A stretch of DNA of 35,474 nt, from positions 182,067,845 to 182,103,318 of the forward strand of contig NC_068981.1 of assembly GCF_001194135.2 (NCBI RefSeq), written 5' to 3'. The notes beneath the pieces were generated by a model. It saw only the letters and a program-made list of their open reading frames with translations, searched no databases and was not told the origin of the DNA. Every line of letters starts with the position of its first letter. Positions within the stretch are counted from its first letter, which is position 1. The position numbers and the translations under genes were made by a program. This document shows positions 1 through 10,296 of the stretch, piece after piece. The stretch comes from Octopus bimaculoides. Taxonomy: Eukaryota.

Positions 1-70
1 TGTCGGATACGTAGGGTGTTCGTTTTTGGTGAGGTGAGAATTCTGTTTATTTATATATTTTTGGTACAAT

Positions 71-132
71 ACTGTGCTGATGAACGAAATCTAGATTCAT
101 TCTAGTAATCGCGAAATCGGTCGATACACAGT
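71..132 (+). ncRNA. Type I hammerhead ribozyme motif (Penelope-like element type)
   Basis: Stem I ACTGTG(71-76)/CACAGT(127-132); core CTGATGA(77-83); helix II ACGA/TCGC plus CTAGA/TCTAG; GAA-A(113-116); helix III ATCG-GT-CGAT; NUH triplet AUA(124-126). One defect: A84.C112 replaces the G10.1-C11.1 pair. Confidence 0.75.
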
Positions 133-256
133 TAAGTTTATTTAAAAGAAAGTAGGTAGGCTTCTATTGGTTGCTTTTCCTCGCATTAGGTACTAAATGT
201 GGTTATTTTGAGAAGTCCACTGTGTGGCGTTGTTATTTTTCTATAATAATGCCCTT

Positions 257-288
<32 letters not shown>

Positions 289-400
289 CATACATATACA
301 TACATGCACGCATACATACATACACACATACATACATACACACACATCCATCCATCATCCATCCATCCATACATACATACATACATACATACATACATAC
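257..400. repeat. Compound microsatellite (AT)n/(TACA)n/(CATC)n
   Basis: Seen directly; explains ORFs 186..398 and 224..559. Confidence 0.95.
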
Positions 401-604
401 CGTGCAGACACCATTCGAATATCCTATTGTTTTTCTCTCACACGGCAGCAGCTAAACAACAACAGCAAAAATAGATATATAAGCTTAGTGCTGAAGAGCA
501 AAGAAAGCACTCCTACGTGTCAGCAGCCAGCTCATCGGGAAACACTCTCTTCAAGATGACTTCTTCTATAACATACATATATACGTTTGGGATTTTAGAC
601 TGAA

Positions 605-762
605 CAACCTGGTAACTTAGCCATCCGGCAAAACAGACCGATAGGATAAGTTCCAGGCTTTTAAAAAATAAGTACTGAGGCTGATCTCCTAGAGTAAACC
701 CTTCGAGGGAGCGCTCCAGTATGACAGCAGTCCAATGACTGAAAGAAGTAAAGACAAAAAGA
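605..762 (+). mobile_element. Diverged 3' half of SINE family D
   Basis: gtaacttagcc..cggcaaaacagaccgataggataagt..gcgctccagtatgacagcagtccaatgactgaaagaagtaaag aligns to the 3' part of the copies at 24553-24957 and 33121-33390. Confidence 0.7.
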
Positions 763-881
763 CAATTATAAAATAACTAAATCTTGAAAATTTATATAAT
801 AATGATCGATTTTTTTAATAATTGGGTCTAAATAGTTAGTAGTATTTGCTGTTAATTATGTTGATCTTCATTAGTCATAAA

Positions 882-945
882 TCTTATATTATAAAAGAGA
901 AGCGGATCTCCGTCTGTCTTTCTGTCTGTCCGTCCGTCACAACCA
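882..945 (+). mobile_element. Possible 5' end of a non-autonomous Helitron
   Basis: A|TCTTATATTATAAAAG start followed by a (CTGT)-like microsatellite, as in metazoan non-autonomous Helitrons; no convincing 3' hairpin plus CTAG found. Confidence 0.3.
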
Positions 946-1046
946 CTATTAGGGGAAGGGAGAGGAATCAAAATATACATCACAATGTATTTTTAGACGT
1001 GGGCGGGGAGAAAATGTTGAGAAATACAGTGCGAGAGAGGGAGAGC

Positions 1047-1122
1047 GTGTGTGTGTGTGTGTGTGTGTGATAGATAGATAGATATATAGACAGACAGCTA
1101 GCTAGCTAGCTAGCTAGCTAGC

Positions 1123-1189
<67 letters not shown>
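1047..1189. repeat. Compound microsatellite (GT)n-(GATA)n-(TAGC)n-(GATA)n
   Basis: Seen directly. Confidence 0.95.
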
Positions 1190-1313
1190 TGTTGTCACCA
1201 CAATAACTAGTGCGGGAATTTTTAAACGCGGAAATTTTAAGTGCAAGTCTATCAACACAACGCAATACAGCTTCAAAAAACAAAAAAAAAGACTTTCATT
1301 ACATAACGATATA

Positions 1314-1710
1314 NNNNNNNNNNNNNNNNNNNNNNNNNNNNNNNNNNNNNNNNNNNNNNNNNNNNNNNNNNNNNNNNNNNNNNNNNNNNNNNNNNNNNNN
1401 NNNNNNNNNNNNNNNNNNNNNNNNNNNNNNNNNNNNNNNNNNNNNNNNNNNNNNNNNNNNNNNNNNNNNNNNNNNNNNNNNNNNNNNNNNNNNNNNNNNN
1501 NNNNNNNNNNNNNNNNNNNNNNNNNNNNNNNNNNNNNNNNNNNNNNNNNNNNNNNNNNNNNNNNNNNNNNNNNNNNNNNNNNNNNNNNNNNNNNNNNNNN
1601 NNNNNNNNNNNNNNNNNNNNNNNNNNNNNNNNNNNNNNNNNNNNNNNNNNNNNNNNNNNNNNNNNNNNNNNNNNNNNNNNNNNNNNNNNNNNNNNNNNNN
1701 NNNNNNNNNN
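1314..1710. other. Assembly gap (N run), followed by (GT)n
   Basis: Run of N; explains ORFs 1210..1764 and 1273..1854. Confidence 1.
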
Positions 1711-1761
<51 letters not shown>

Positions 1762-1904
1762 TGAGTGAATGAATGTGTGCGTGTGTGATAGATACACTAT
1801 TGTCACCATAGTAACTAATGAGACTTTCACTATATAACAGTCTACACTTAACAAATATTTTTATTGGCAGAGTAGCGACGGATAAAAGACCGTGATATAT
1901 ACAA

Positions 1905-2127
1905 ATTGTTATATTTGGGGACGGTTATTTTGCCAGTAAACACACGCACTATTTATTTGACCTTCACTTTAGCTTTATTATTAGTTTATTTGTCAAAGTG
2001 CTTTTATCACACATTTGTGACCTCTTCAATGACTTTCTGTTCCTCGTGTCTCCTGAAAGCTAAAGTGAAGATAAAGTAAATAGCGCATGTGCTTACTGGC
2101 AATATGACCGTCCCCAAACATAACAAT
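1905..2127 (-). mobile_element. Penelope-like element remnant: about 72-bp inverted repeats around a decayed hammerhead
   Basis: Arms 1905-1976 and 2056-2127 are imperfect reverse complements. The spacer on the minus strand reads GTCA-TTGAAGA-G-GTCACA-AATG-TGTGAT-AAAA-GCAC-TT-TGAC (1992-2033). Homologous to 27985-28140. Confidence 0.65.
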
Positions 2128-2448
2128 ATCTGTTTCAACACACGATTTCACATCAAGAATTTTGCAAAACAAATGCATAAACGTATTTATGAATTAATAT
2201 AAAATTGAAACAAATGCAAAAAATATAAAACTCTGCGGTTTTGAAAAGTGCCCTTCAATCTGCTAGGCTGTGAGTTTGTTTAGCTTGTACCTAAATTTGT
2301 TTAGCTGTAAGTTTATTTCACTGGTACCTAAATCAGGTCCTACCTGCTTGGTATGAATGAATAAAAAATGTTCGGTAAAATCGTAGATCTGTCAATAACA
2401 AACTACAGCCTATGGGACTTTCTGACAGGCACGCCTAACGAAGAATTA

Positions 2449-3052
2449 GGATCTTTTTTAAAACGGGGGCCACATTTTTCATTAACGAAACACTTTGAAA
2501 CTTGGAACACTGGTAGAATGTGTCATATAAAACATCTTTTTCTCTTAGTCTTCTTAAAAAAAAAAGAAATCCCTAAGTTATTCCATGTTAAAGTTGTCGT
2601 ATTTCTGTAATTTCAACCAATCACTGACGTCCATTCAGCCGATATACATTAAGTGCCGACTACATAAACAAACGATTCTGAAACAATTCTATCGGTGATA
2701 GGGTTAGGGTTAGGGTTAGGGTAAAACAGCAAATTTAAAAAGAAAAAAGCAAATAAAACGAAGAAAAAAAAAGAAAATGAGAAAAGCAAATTTAAAATGA
2801 AAAAAGCAAATAAAACGAAGCTATGGCTTAATCAGCCAAAGGAGTAAATATAAACAACTGAATACTTGTCAGTGATTGGTTGAAATTATCGAAATAAGAC
2901 AATTTTTTACATGAAATAAATTCGAATACAAAAATATTTTTCAGTTCTATAACACAAAATAGATAAGTATACGAAGTTTGAAAGTCTTTCGGTACCAAAA
3001 ACACTACGTAAAACATTAATGAAAAATGTGGCCCCCGTTTTATAAAAGATCC
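2449..3052. mobile_element. 604-bp TIR element (Merlin-like MITE) with 8-bp TSD
   Basis: Termini GGATCTTTT(T/A)TAAAACGGGGGCCACATTTTTCATTAA inverted (36/37); imperfect arms extend about 180 bp; perfect TSD AAGAATTA at 2441-2448 and 3053-3060. GG termini with an 8-bp TSD fit Merlin. Confidence 0.8.
2699..2722 (+). repeat. Short telomere-type repeat TAGGG(TTAGGG)3 inside the MITE
   Basis: gatagggttagggttagggttagggt seen directly. Confidence 0.9.
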
Positions 3053-3357
3053 AAGAATTATTTTCATTAGCGCAGCCCACCTGATGATGAACTACGTCTT
3101 CTGCGGCTCCCTTGTCGAAAAAGGTGGCCAATTCCTGTTCCAGATTAATCAACTTTCATGTCAGGAGCCGCGAAGGAAAACTGCGGACTCACTAGAGAGG
3201 TTAACAAAGGACATTAACTGTAGTAAAAGATGTTAACGCAGTATTCACGTCTCAAACCAAAGCATATTCATATTAACACAAAGTACACATACAAGCGTGC
3301 CCACACACATACAAACACATTCATATACACAAGCTGATGTTCTGTAATTAACAGGGA

Positions 3358-3445
<88 letters not shown>
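3358..3445. repeat. (GAAA)n-(GA)n microsatellite
   Basis: Seen directly. Confidence 0.95.
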
Positions 3446-3450
<5 letters not shown>

Positions 3451-3787
3451 GAGTTAGATAGAGAGCCCTTCGATTATTTTCAACGTCGTTTGATAAGACG
3501 TTGCTAAGAGACCAAAAGAAAATTGCATATGTGTTAAATTGATATTTATCAATGTGAATATCAACAGTTCGTGAGTATGAATATGTATATCTAGCAACCT
3601 ATATCTCTGCTTGCGCGAATGTGTCTGCGCAAATCCATACGCGCATACATATTAGACACTGGATGTGTATACACCTGTATAAATATATATATGGTCTTAT
3701 TGAAAAAGCTCATATATATTTATATGTGTGTATATTTATGTATGTAAATATGCATATATGTGTGTATGTTAATATTTATACAGTACA

Positions 3788-4020
3788 AAGGCGGCGAACT
3801 GGCAGAATCGTTAGCACGCCGGGCGAAATGCTTAGCAGTATTTCGTCTGTCTTTATGTTCTGAGTTCAAATTACGCCGAGGTCGACTTTGCCTTTCATCC
3901 TTTCGAGGTCGATTAAATAAGTACTAGTTACGCACTGGGGTCGATATAATCGACTTAATCCGTTTGTCTGTCCTTGTTTGTCCCCTCTGCGTGTAGCCCC
4001 TTGTGGGCAGTAAAGAAATA
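3788..4020 (+). mobile_element. tRNA-derived SINE family A, full length
   Basis: Head aaggcggcgaactggcagaatcgttagc; B-box-like gagttcaaatt; central gtcgactttgcctttcatcctttcgaggtcga (resembles the Meta SINE domain, from memory); many copies in the window. Confidence 0.9.
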
Positions 4021-4170
4021 AGAAACGTTAGCACGCCGGGCGAAATGCATATCGGCATTTCATCTGTCCTTAAGTTCTAAGTTTAAATTCCGCCGATGTC
4101 ACCTGTGCCTTTTATTCTTTCGGGGCCGATAAATTAAGTACCTGTTGCGTACTGGAGTAGATTTAATCGT
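4021..4170 (+). mobile_element. SINE family A, partial tandem copy
   Basis: gttagcacgccgggcgaaatgc..aaattccgccga..ggggccgataaattaagtacc matches 3788-4020. Confidence 0.85.
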
Positions 4171-4302
4171 ACATCAAGGTGCATTTTGCCAAAAGTCTTA
4201 ATGTAAAACAGGTAACATCTTGAAGCAAGTCATTCACATATAACCTAAATAACAAGCATCTCAAAACGGAACCTTGTGTTACTTCGAACATTATTAGGTT
4301 CA

Positions 4303-4530
4303 GTAAGGCGGCGAGCTGGTAGAATCGCTAGCACACTGACCAAAATTCTTAGTGGCATTTCGTTCGTTTTATGTTCCGAGTTCAAATTCCGCCGACGTCG
4401 ATTTTACCTTTCATCCTTTTAGGGTCGATAAAATAAGTACCAGTTTGAGTATTGGGGGTCGATGTAGTCGACTTACCCAACTCTCCTGAAATTGCTGGCT
4501 TAGTGCTAAAATTTGAAACCAATATTATCA
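4303..4530 (+). mobile_element. SINE family A
   Basis: gtaaggcggcgagctggtagaatcgctagc..gagttcaaattccgccga..cctttcatcc..gggtcgataaaataagtaccag. Confidence 0.85.
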
Positions 4531-4605
4531 GGTTTAGTTGATTTATAACTATTCATCAAGATCTGTAGCACTATGCCGGGCCTCTATCGTTATTGTTGTT
4601 TAATC

Positions 4606-5682
4606 TGTAGTGAAACCTCTCTCTCGGGCATTCAAACATAAATGATAACGAAGCGGCTAACATCTAGCCTTCGGCTGCCTTGGACCCTTCTGTCCACCAC
4701 CCTGATTGGTTCTCATTTGCGCGGCAATTGTCCCCAGTTCTGCTTCGCGCCAGGGTGCATTCCGTCCAATCGTGGCCTTATAATAAGGTCACGTGAGAGA
4801 GTTTTTCTTCGTTTCCGGTGAGCCCTATTTCATCTATAAATAAGCCCGATCCAACGACGCCAGTCGTCTTCGATTTCAGATATCTCACAGGTCTGGTCGC
4901 TGACCACACACACATACAGAACACAGCTACAGCCAGTTTCCAACGACGTCATCACCACCAAAGTACTGTCTACCACAATGTCGTCGCCAGCAACCCCACC
5001 ACCAGAGTTCACACCAATATCAACAAACACGGTTTTATCTCGACACTGTATGAGTGGATTATTTCCACCACGAACAACAGTCAGAACTAACCTGCGAGAA
5101 TATTCCGACCAGGTAACCGGTCGTAGCATCGACGCTCAATACACTCGACATGTGACACCACAGCTCTGCTTTCCGGCCACAACTTCCTGCGTATGAACAT
5201 TCTATATCTTGTGTAACTCATACACGAACTGGTATTTCTCAATCTCAGTGTTTGAGACTTGTAGTCTATGTTACAGACACTCTTTCTATATTCTGTGTTC
5301 CTCTCTCACACACACATATTGTACTCTCACATATTGTACACACACTATTGCTTATACGACTGCCCGTCATTTCATATTGTTGTATACATACTCTTGTACA
5401 CGAAGGCCTGACTTATCTACTGTGTTATTTATATATGCCACTTGCACGCACACAGACACTACAGTTTCACTATGTTAATAAACTTACTCTCTTTATATAT
5501 CTAACGGTTGTGTTTGTCACTCACTTGTTCTTTTACTGCCACTTGGCTCGTATCTCTCTCACGACGAGCCTTTTATGTTATATAATTTGCTTTTTTTGTG
5601 TTCGACCGTGCGACGCGTAAAAAGGGTTTTGTTTTTCGTCTCGTCGCCATTCTCCTTTGGTTCGCACGGTCGATTTATTACA
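4606..5682 (+). mobile_element. Solo LTR (1077 bp), probably Ty3/Gypsy-type
   Basis: TGTAG...TTACA termini (8 of 12 terminal bases inverted); 4-bp TSD AATC at 4602-4605 and 5683-5686; internal CCAAT and TATA elements; CpG-rich relative to its flanks; no coding remnant. Confidence 0.75.
4702..4842 (+). promoter_or_regulatory. Pol II promoter-like module in the LTR
   Basis: ATTGG 4705-4709, CCAAT 4766-4770, E-box CACGTG 4790-4795, ETS-like TTCCGG around 4813-4818, TATAAATA 4835-4842, in normal promoter order. Confidence 0.55.
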
Positions 5683-5739
5683 AATCTATTATTAGTATTA
5701 GTTCGCTAAAAGCTTTTCCAAAATGCCATGCTATTATAT

Positions 5740-5925
5740 CCATGTTGCTTGCAATATTTATTCCGGCACTTTATGTTCTGAATTCAATTACTACTGAAGT
5801 CAATTTTGCTTTTCATTCCCCCGAGATAATGAAATAAAGTACCAGTCAAATTCTGGGATCGATAGTGTTGACTCATCCTTTCCCCTGAAAATTACTGGCC
5901 TTGTATTTAAATCGGAAACAATTAT
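5740..5925 (+). mobile_element. Old SINE family A copy
   Basis: ttatgttctgaattcaatt..gtcaattttgcttttcattcc..aaagtaccagt..ctgggatcgat aligns loosely to family A. Confidence 0.65.
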
Positions 5926-6064
5926 ATCCATATTGATCTTTTTTGTCTCTGGTCTGGTTCGAACTCCTGTTCAACTCAACAATTATTGGTGCCTCAGTAA
6001 GCCAAACCACGAAGAAGTAACTTCGCACTGAACGAGCCAATGGGAGAGCTAGTAGGGGAACCAT

Positions 6065-6200
6065 CGGTGTTGGTTACTAAGATTGCTTGAAAGGGAAGCT
6101 AAATTTCTCTTAAATAACACTCTACCATCTTAAAGAAGATGGATGACACATTCAATTATGCCGTATTAGAAACTACTAAAGAGACAGAATGGTCATGGCT
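6065..6200 (+). mobile_element. Fragment of an (AAC)n-tailed retroposon (family F); related pieces at 17340-17540, 17924-17976, 24311-24430 (-) and 33445-33518
   Basis: Shared motif atggtcatggctggaatgcctttgatc..ctgct..caacaac is found, diverged, at these positions. Confidence 0.55.
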
Positions 6201-6912
6201 AGAACGCCTTTAACCCGATAATGATTAACTTGAAGCTAAACATTAAAAAATTAGTATTGTACACCAATGAAATATTCACTCTTGCAAAAATATCCACCCT
6301 TACAAATAGCCAGAACGAAAGGACAGTCGCCAGATCTGACAGAAAAATTACGAACGAATTTCCTTCAATGGATAATCTTAAAAATGAAGATTATGCTTGT
6401 ATCCAGAATAATATAGACATGATACCTTAAAAATAAAAATAGGAAGATCACTTGTTTGTTTAATCACGATTGACTTAAGGTTAAACGCCATCAACAAATG
6501 TGACTTTTATTACATAGTGATACTTGCATTCAGCGAAGTGGACTAACACAATCTATTATTAGGTCGAATGTTACACTAACTATCGATATGAAGTAACAGA
6601 TCGCCGGAAATAAATTAAGAACACAAAGGTTTACATTTATTTCTGGACAGTACGGCGTTATAAAAGAAGTTTCAAACTCTTTATTGATTGCTTCTTATCT
6701 TATTCATCAGAACTTCTTTCTAAATCAATACTTTTGATTTAATGCAATTATAAATATATATATTTTTTTTTTCATCTAGTATTGTTATATATTCTCTAGT
6801 TAATCATCTTTATCAATAATACTACGTATTAATTGAATATAAGTCGTACACCATACGAATTACTTTTAAATAGAATATTAGCATACGTGTGTATAAATGT
6901 GTGGGGGGGGGG

Positions 6913-7105
6913 ACTCAGCGTGACACATAGCGTGACAAAGCCAGCCCTTTGAAATACAGGTACTACTCATTTTTGCCAGCTGAGTGGACTGGAGCAACGT
7001 GAAATAAAGTTTCTTGCTCAATGACACAACGCGTCGCCGGGAATCGAACTCACGTCCTTACGATTATGAGCCGAATGCCCTAACCACTAAGCCACGCGCC
7101 TTCAC
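6913..7105 (-). mobile_element. tRNA-derived CORE-like SINE (head 2, truncated tail 1)
   Basis: Minus strand gtgaaggcgcgtggcttagtgg (A box)..gagttcgattccc (B box)..gtgtcattgagcaagaaacttt (CORE-like). Confidence 0.85.
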
Positions 7106-7148
<43 letters not shown>

Positions 7149-7396
7149 TTAGATAGATACATACATACATACATACATACGTATATGCATACATATGTGT
7201 GCATATACGTGTATGTGTGTGTATTTGTGCATGTGTCTGTTTGGTGATGTAAGCGAGAACTAGAACTCAAAACATAAGTATGGTACATGCCTATGCACGA
7301 GACTCTTAGCCCTTGAGTCACTTTATAGCTTCTGTCAATTAAGTAAAATATATGTGTATGTGTGTGTGTATGTGTGTGTGTGTGTGTGTGTGTGTC
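7106..7396. repeat. (GATA)n, (TACA)n and (GT)n microsatellites
   Basis: Seen directly at 7106-7230 and 7350-7396. Confidence 0.9.
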
Positions 7397-7444
7397 GCTG
7401 ACCACTACACACATTTTTTTCTCTCCTTGTTTCTTTCTGTGTTC

Positions 7445-7480
7445 CTTTCTGTTGAAGAGCGTAGGCTCGAAACGTTAAAG
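7445..7480 (+). ncRNA. Minimal type I hammerhead motif, A6U core variant, in a Penelope-like remnant (about 7410-7570)
   Basis: CTTT-CTGTTGA-A-GAGC-GTAG-GCTC-GAAA-CG-TT-AAAG: stem I CTTT/AAAG, helix II GAGC/GCTC, palindromic AACGTT at helix III. Confidence 0.7.
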
Positions 7481-7566
7481 ACTTTCTCTATTCCCGAGCG
7501 TTATACTAATACATCCATTTGTTGTCTACACCACCTGTCTTCATCTGTTGTTTTTTCGTGAATTCT

Positions 7567-7601
<35 letters not shown>

Positions 7602-7872
7602 CTAACTCAAAAGCCGCCCTATCGGCTAACTCCTGCGGAGGGCTCCTCATTGGGCCTTGGGCCCAACAATAACACTTCTAGTATTGAGTATATAAACTTT
7701 ATTAAACTTGACCAATATTTTTCAGGCAATGAACAGTTTTCATCAACACAATGATATAATTTTTTGACTTAGAACTTATTGCAAAGCTGCATGGTAAACA
7801 ACATTTTTTTGTCTTCCCATTCGGGGATCAGAACATTTTTTCTATCAAACCACTTTCTCTTTATTGTTTTCA

Positions 7873-8160
7873 ACCACCACCACCATCGCCACCACAACTG
7901 CCATACACACACTATTCAGACTTCTGACGCTACCACCATCAAGACCTTTGACTTTACCGCCTTCCCTTCCTCCACCACCATCAACACTGTCTTTCATATC
8001 ACTTACTATTACCGTCATCCCTAACTGCCTCGGCTACCACCACCACCACCACCACCACCATCATCACCGTCGCCTCCTCCTCTGTCACAACTACAGCTCA
8101 GACTATTACTATCACCCCATTACCATCACAACCGTCAATCTACTACTACCCTCACCGTCT
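7873..8160. repeat. Degenerate (CAC)n/(TAC)n trinucleotide region
   Basis: Seen directly. Confidence 0.85.
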
Positions 8161-8332
8161 TTATGCCTACTATTACTCTCACCCCAAAATGAGGAATAGT
8201 TGAAGTGTCATTGAAAAGTGAGAGAAGAGGGGGATCAAAGTGCGACACACTGGCAAACAGAAATTCGTTTTGGCATTTATTATTATAGATATGTGCGTGT
8301 GTACGTACGTCTATGTATATAAACATACGTGT

Positions 8333-8710
8333 GGAGGCGCAATGGCCCAGTGGTTAGGGCAGCGGACTCGCGGTCATAGGATCGCGGTTTCGATTCCCAG
8401 ACCGGGCGTTGTGAGTGTTTATTGAGCGAAAACACCTAAAGCTCCACGAGGCTCCGGCAGGGGATGGTGGCGAACCCTGCTGTACTCTTTCACCACAACT
8501 TTCTCTCACTCTAACTTCTTGTTTCTGTTGTGCCTGTAATTCAAAGGGTCAGCCCTGTCACACTGTGTCACGCTGAATATCCCCGAGAACTACATTAAGG
8601 GTACACGTGTCTGTGGAGTGCTCAGCCACTTGCACGTTAATTTCACGAGCAGGCTGTTCCGTTGATCGGATCAACTGGAACCCTCGACGTCGTAAGCGAC
8701 GGAGTGCCAA
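8333..8710 (+). mobile_element. tRNA-derived CORE-like SINE family B, full length
   Basis: A box tggcccagtgg, B box gtttcgattcc, CORE-like gtgtttattgagcgaaaacacc; near-identical inverted copy at 17997-18381. Confidence 0.92.
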
Positions 8711-8742
8711 GAGAGATAGACATACGTATGTACACAATCATG

Positions 8743-8776
<34 letters not shown>

Positions 8777-9145
8777 AGCTAAGTACATCAAATTATCCAG
8801 CCAGTTCATTAAGAAACCATTGAGCGGCCAACAGGAAGGCTGGACAGCTGCTGGAGGGATGAAGAGAAATAAGGAGTGGACGAAAGAAGTTTAACGGAAA
8901 TAGCTGTGTGAATTGCTCGATTAGAAGTTAGATACGGAAACAAATTGGATTTCCATTTTCTATGTGCACGTCTGTCTTTTCATAGATATATGTGGGTGTG
9001 TTTATGTGGCGTGCGTATGTGTGCGCGCGCGTTTATACGGAAGTGTGTGCCGAGAAGCTGCTGTCACTTACATTGTCGCCTGAAGTCGATAGATTTAAAG
9101 TCCTTTAACATTAACGAATCATCAATCGATAATGCACATGAGTGT

Positions 9146-9300
9146 ACGTGTGAGTGTGCGTGTACGTTTTTGTTTGTGTGTATGTGTGTGTGTGTGTGTG
9201 TGTGTGTCTATATGTATGTGTATGTGTGTACGTCGATATATAGACGTATACATGTACATACAAATGTTTGTGTGTGTGTGTGCGTGTGTGTGTGTGTGGG
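9146..9300. repeat. (GT)n-rich low-complexity region
   Basis: Seen directly. Confidence 0.9.
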
Positions 9301-10296
9301 GGGGGGCGTGCATGTATGTATATAGTTAGTGGGGTGGTACATTCGCGCACGCATACGAGGGTGTTCCCGATAGTAAAGCTTAAGTGGGCATAACTTTTAT
9401 GTTAACTGACATTGGTCTTTCAAATTGCACATGCTGTTAGAGTAATTTTTCCTCTATAATTAGGTTTTCTTCCTGTTCTTTTTCGTTGTAGACAAATAAG
9501 GAATTCCAAGCAGAAACAGCGCGACGTCATGGAATTCTCGATGACGGAAGGTTACAAGTTGTTTGACGTCCACAAAAAGGTTTGTAGATTGTTTGCAGAG
9601 ATGACACCATTGACAAGGAGCAATGTGCACAGAAGGATGAAAAGGTTTAAAGAGAGGGAATTCAGCAGTGAAGATAAACCACCTAGAGAAGAAAAAAAAC
9701 CATTGTCGCTTGGAAATTGTTGTTGTTGTTGGCTGCTGTCGTCACTGGTTGAGTTGATGAATGAAAATATGTTTCAAGGGCTGCGTGTAGAAGTAACCGA
9801 ACACCCGCAAATATTTCACGGATTTTATTATCGCACATTAAGGCAAACTGTGTTTGCTTTTTATAGATAACAACAGCAATAATTACATACTGAAAGGGAA
9901 TTTATAGCAAGCTATTGATGCAGCAACATGTGGCTTGCCCAACCTTACTGGAAGTAATTGTGCTAAATTCGTGGTAACGGAAGTTCTTGTCAGCTATTTG
10001 TGCCATTTGTCTTAGCCGCCTCCAGGGTCGTCTGGCTGATGAAAATCCGCACCGTCTGATGTCACAGGAATGTAGACACATATCGGTCTGCAATTAATGA
10101 CTGCCAAAAGCGATCTTTTATAGGGCACAAGAAGATGATTCTAGAAGGTTGTATCACGCAATGGCTTGACGCTGATTGGTTGCTTAATAAACCGATCACA
10201 CGAAACTATTGTGGTTCGGTCGTGTTATCTGACCGGTTACCTAGAGGTTCGATTTCGAATCACCGCTACACCATCAACTGTGACTTAACACGAATC

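Noticed and set aside
485-560. CTGAAGA..GAAA hammerhead-like motif
   Set aside because: No helix II closing onto GAAA and no helix III or NUH.
1210-1854. ORFs of 184-193 aa
   Set aside because: Made of an N gap plus (GT)n.
4818-5196. Short ORFs inside the LTR
   Set aside because: No gag, pol or other recognisable motif; overlapping frames on both strands.
6200-6484. TTAA-flanked piggyBac-like MITE
   Set aside because: Only TTAACC/GGTTAA matches; no extended TIR.
6662-6720. Minus-strand CTGATGA..GAAA within an 8-bp inverted repeat
   Set aside because: Helix II does not pair and helix III and NUH are absent; AT-rich chance match or unrecoverable relic.
8333-8410. tRNA gene (also 7030-7105, 16445-16524, 18305-18381)
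   Set aside because: A and B boxes are present but there is no clean cloverleaf, and each continues into a SINE body; two copies have clear TSDs.
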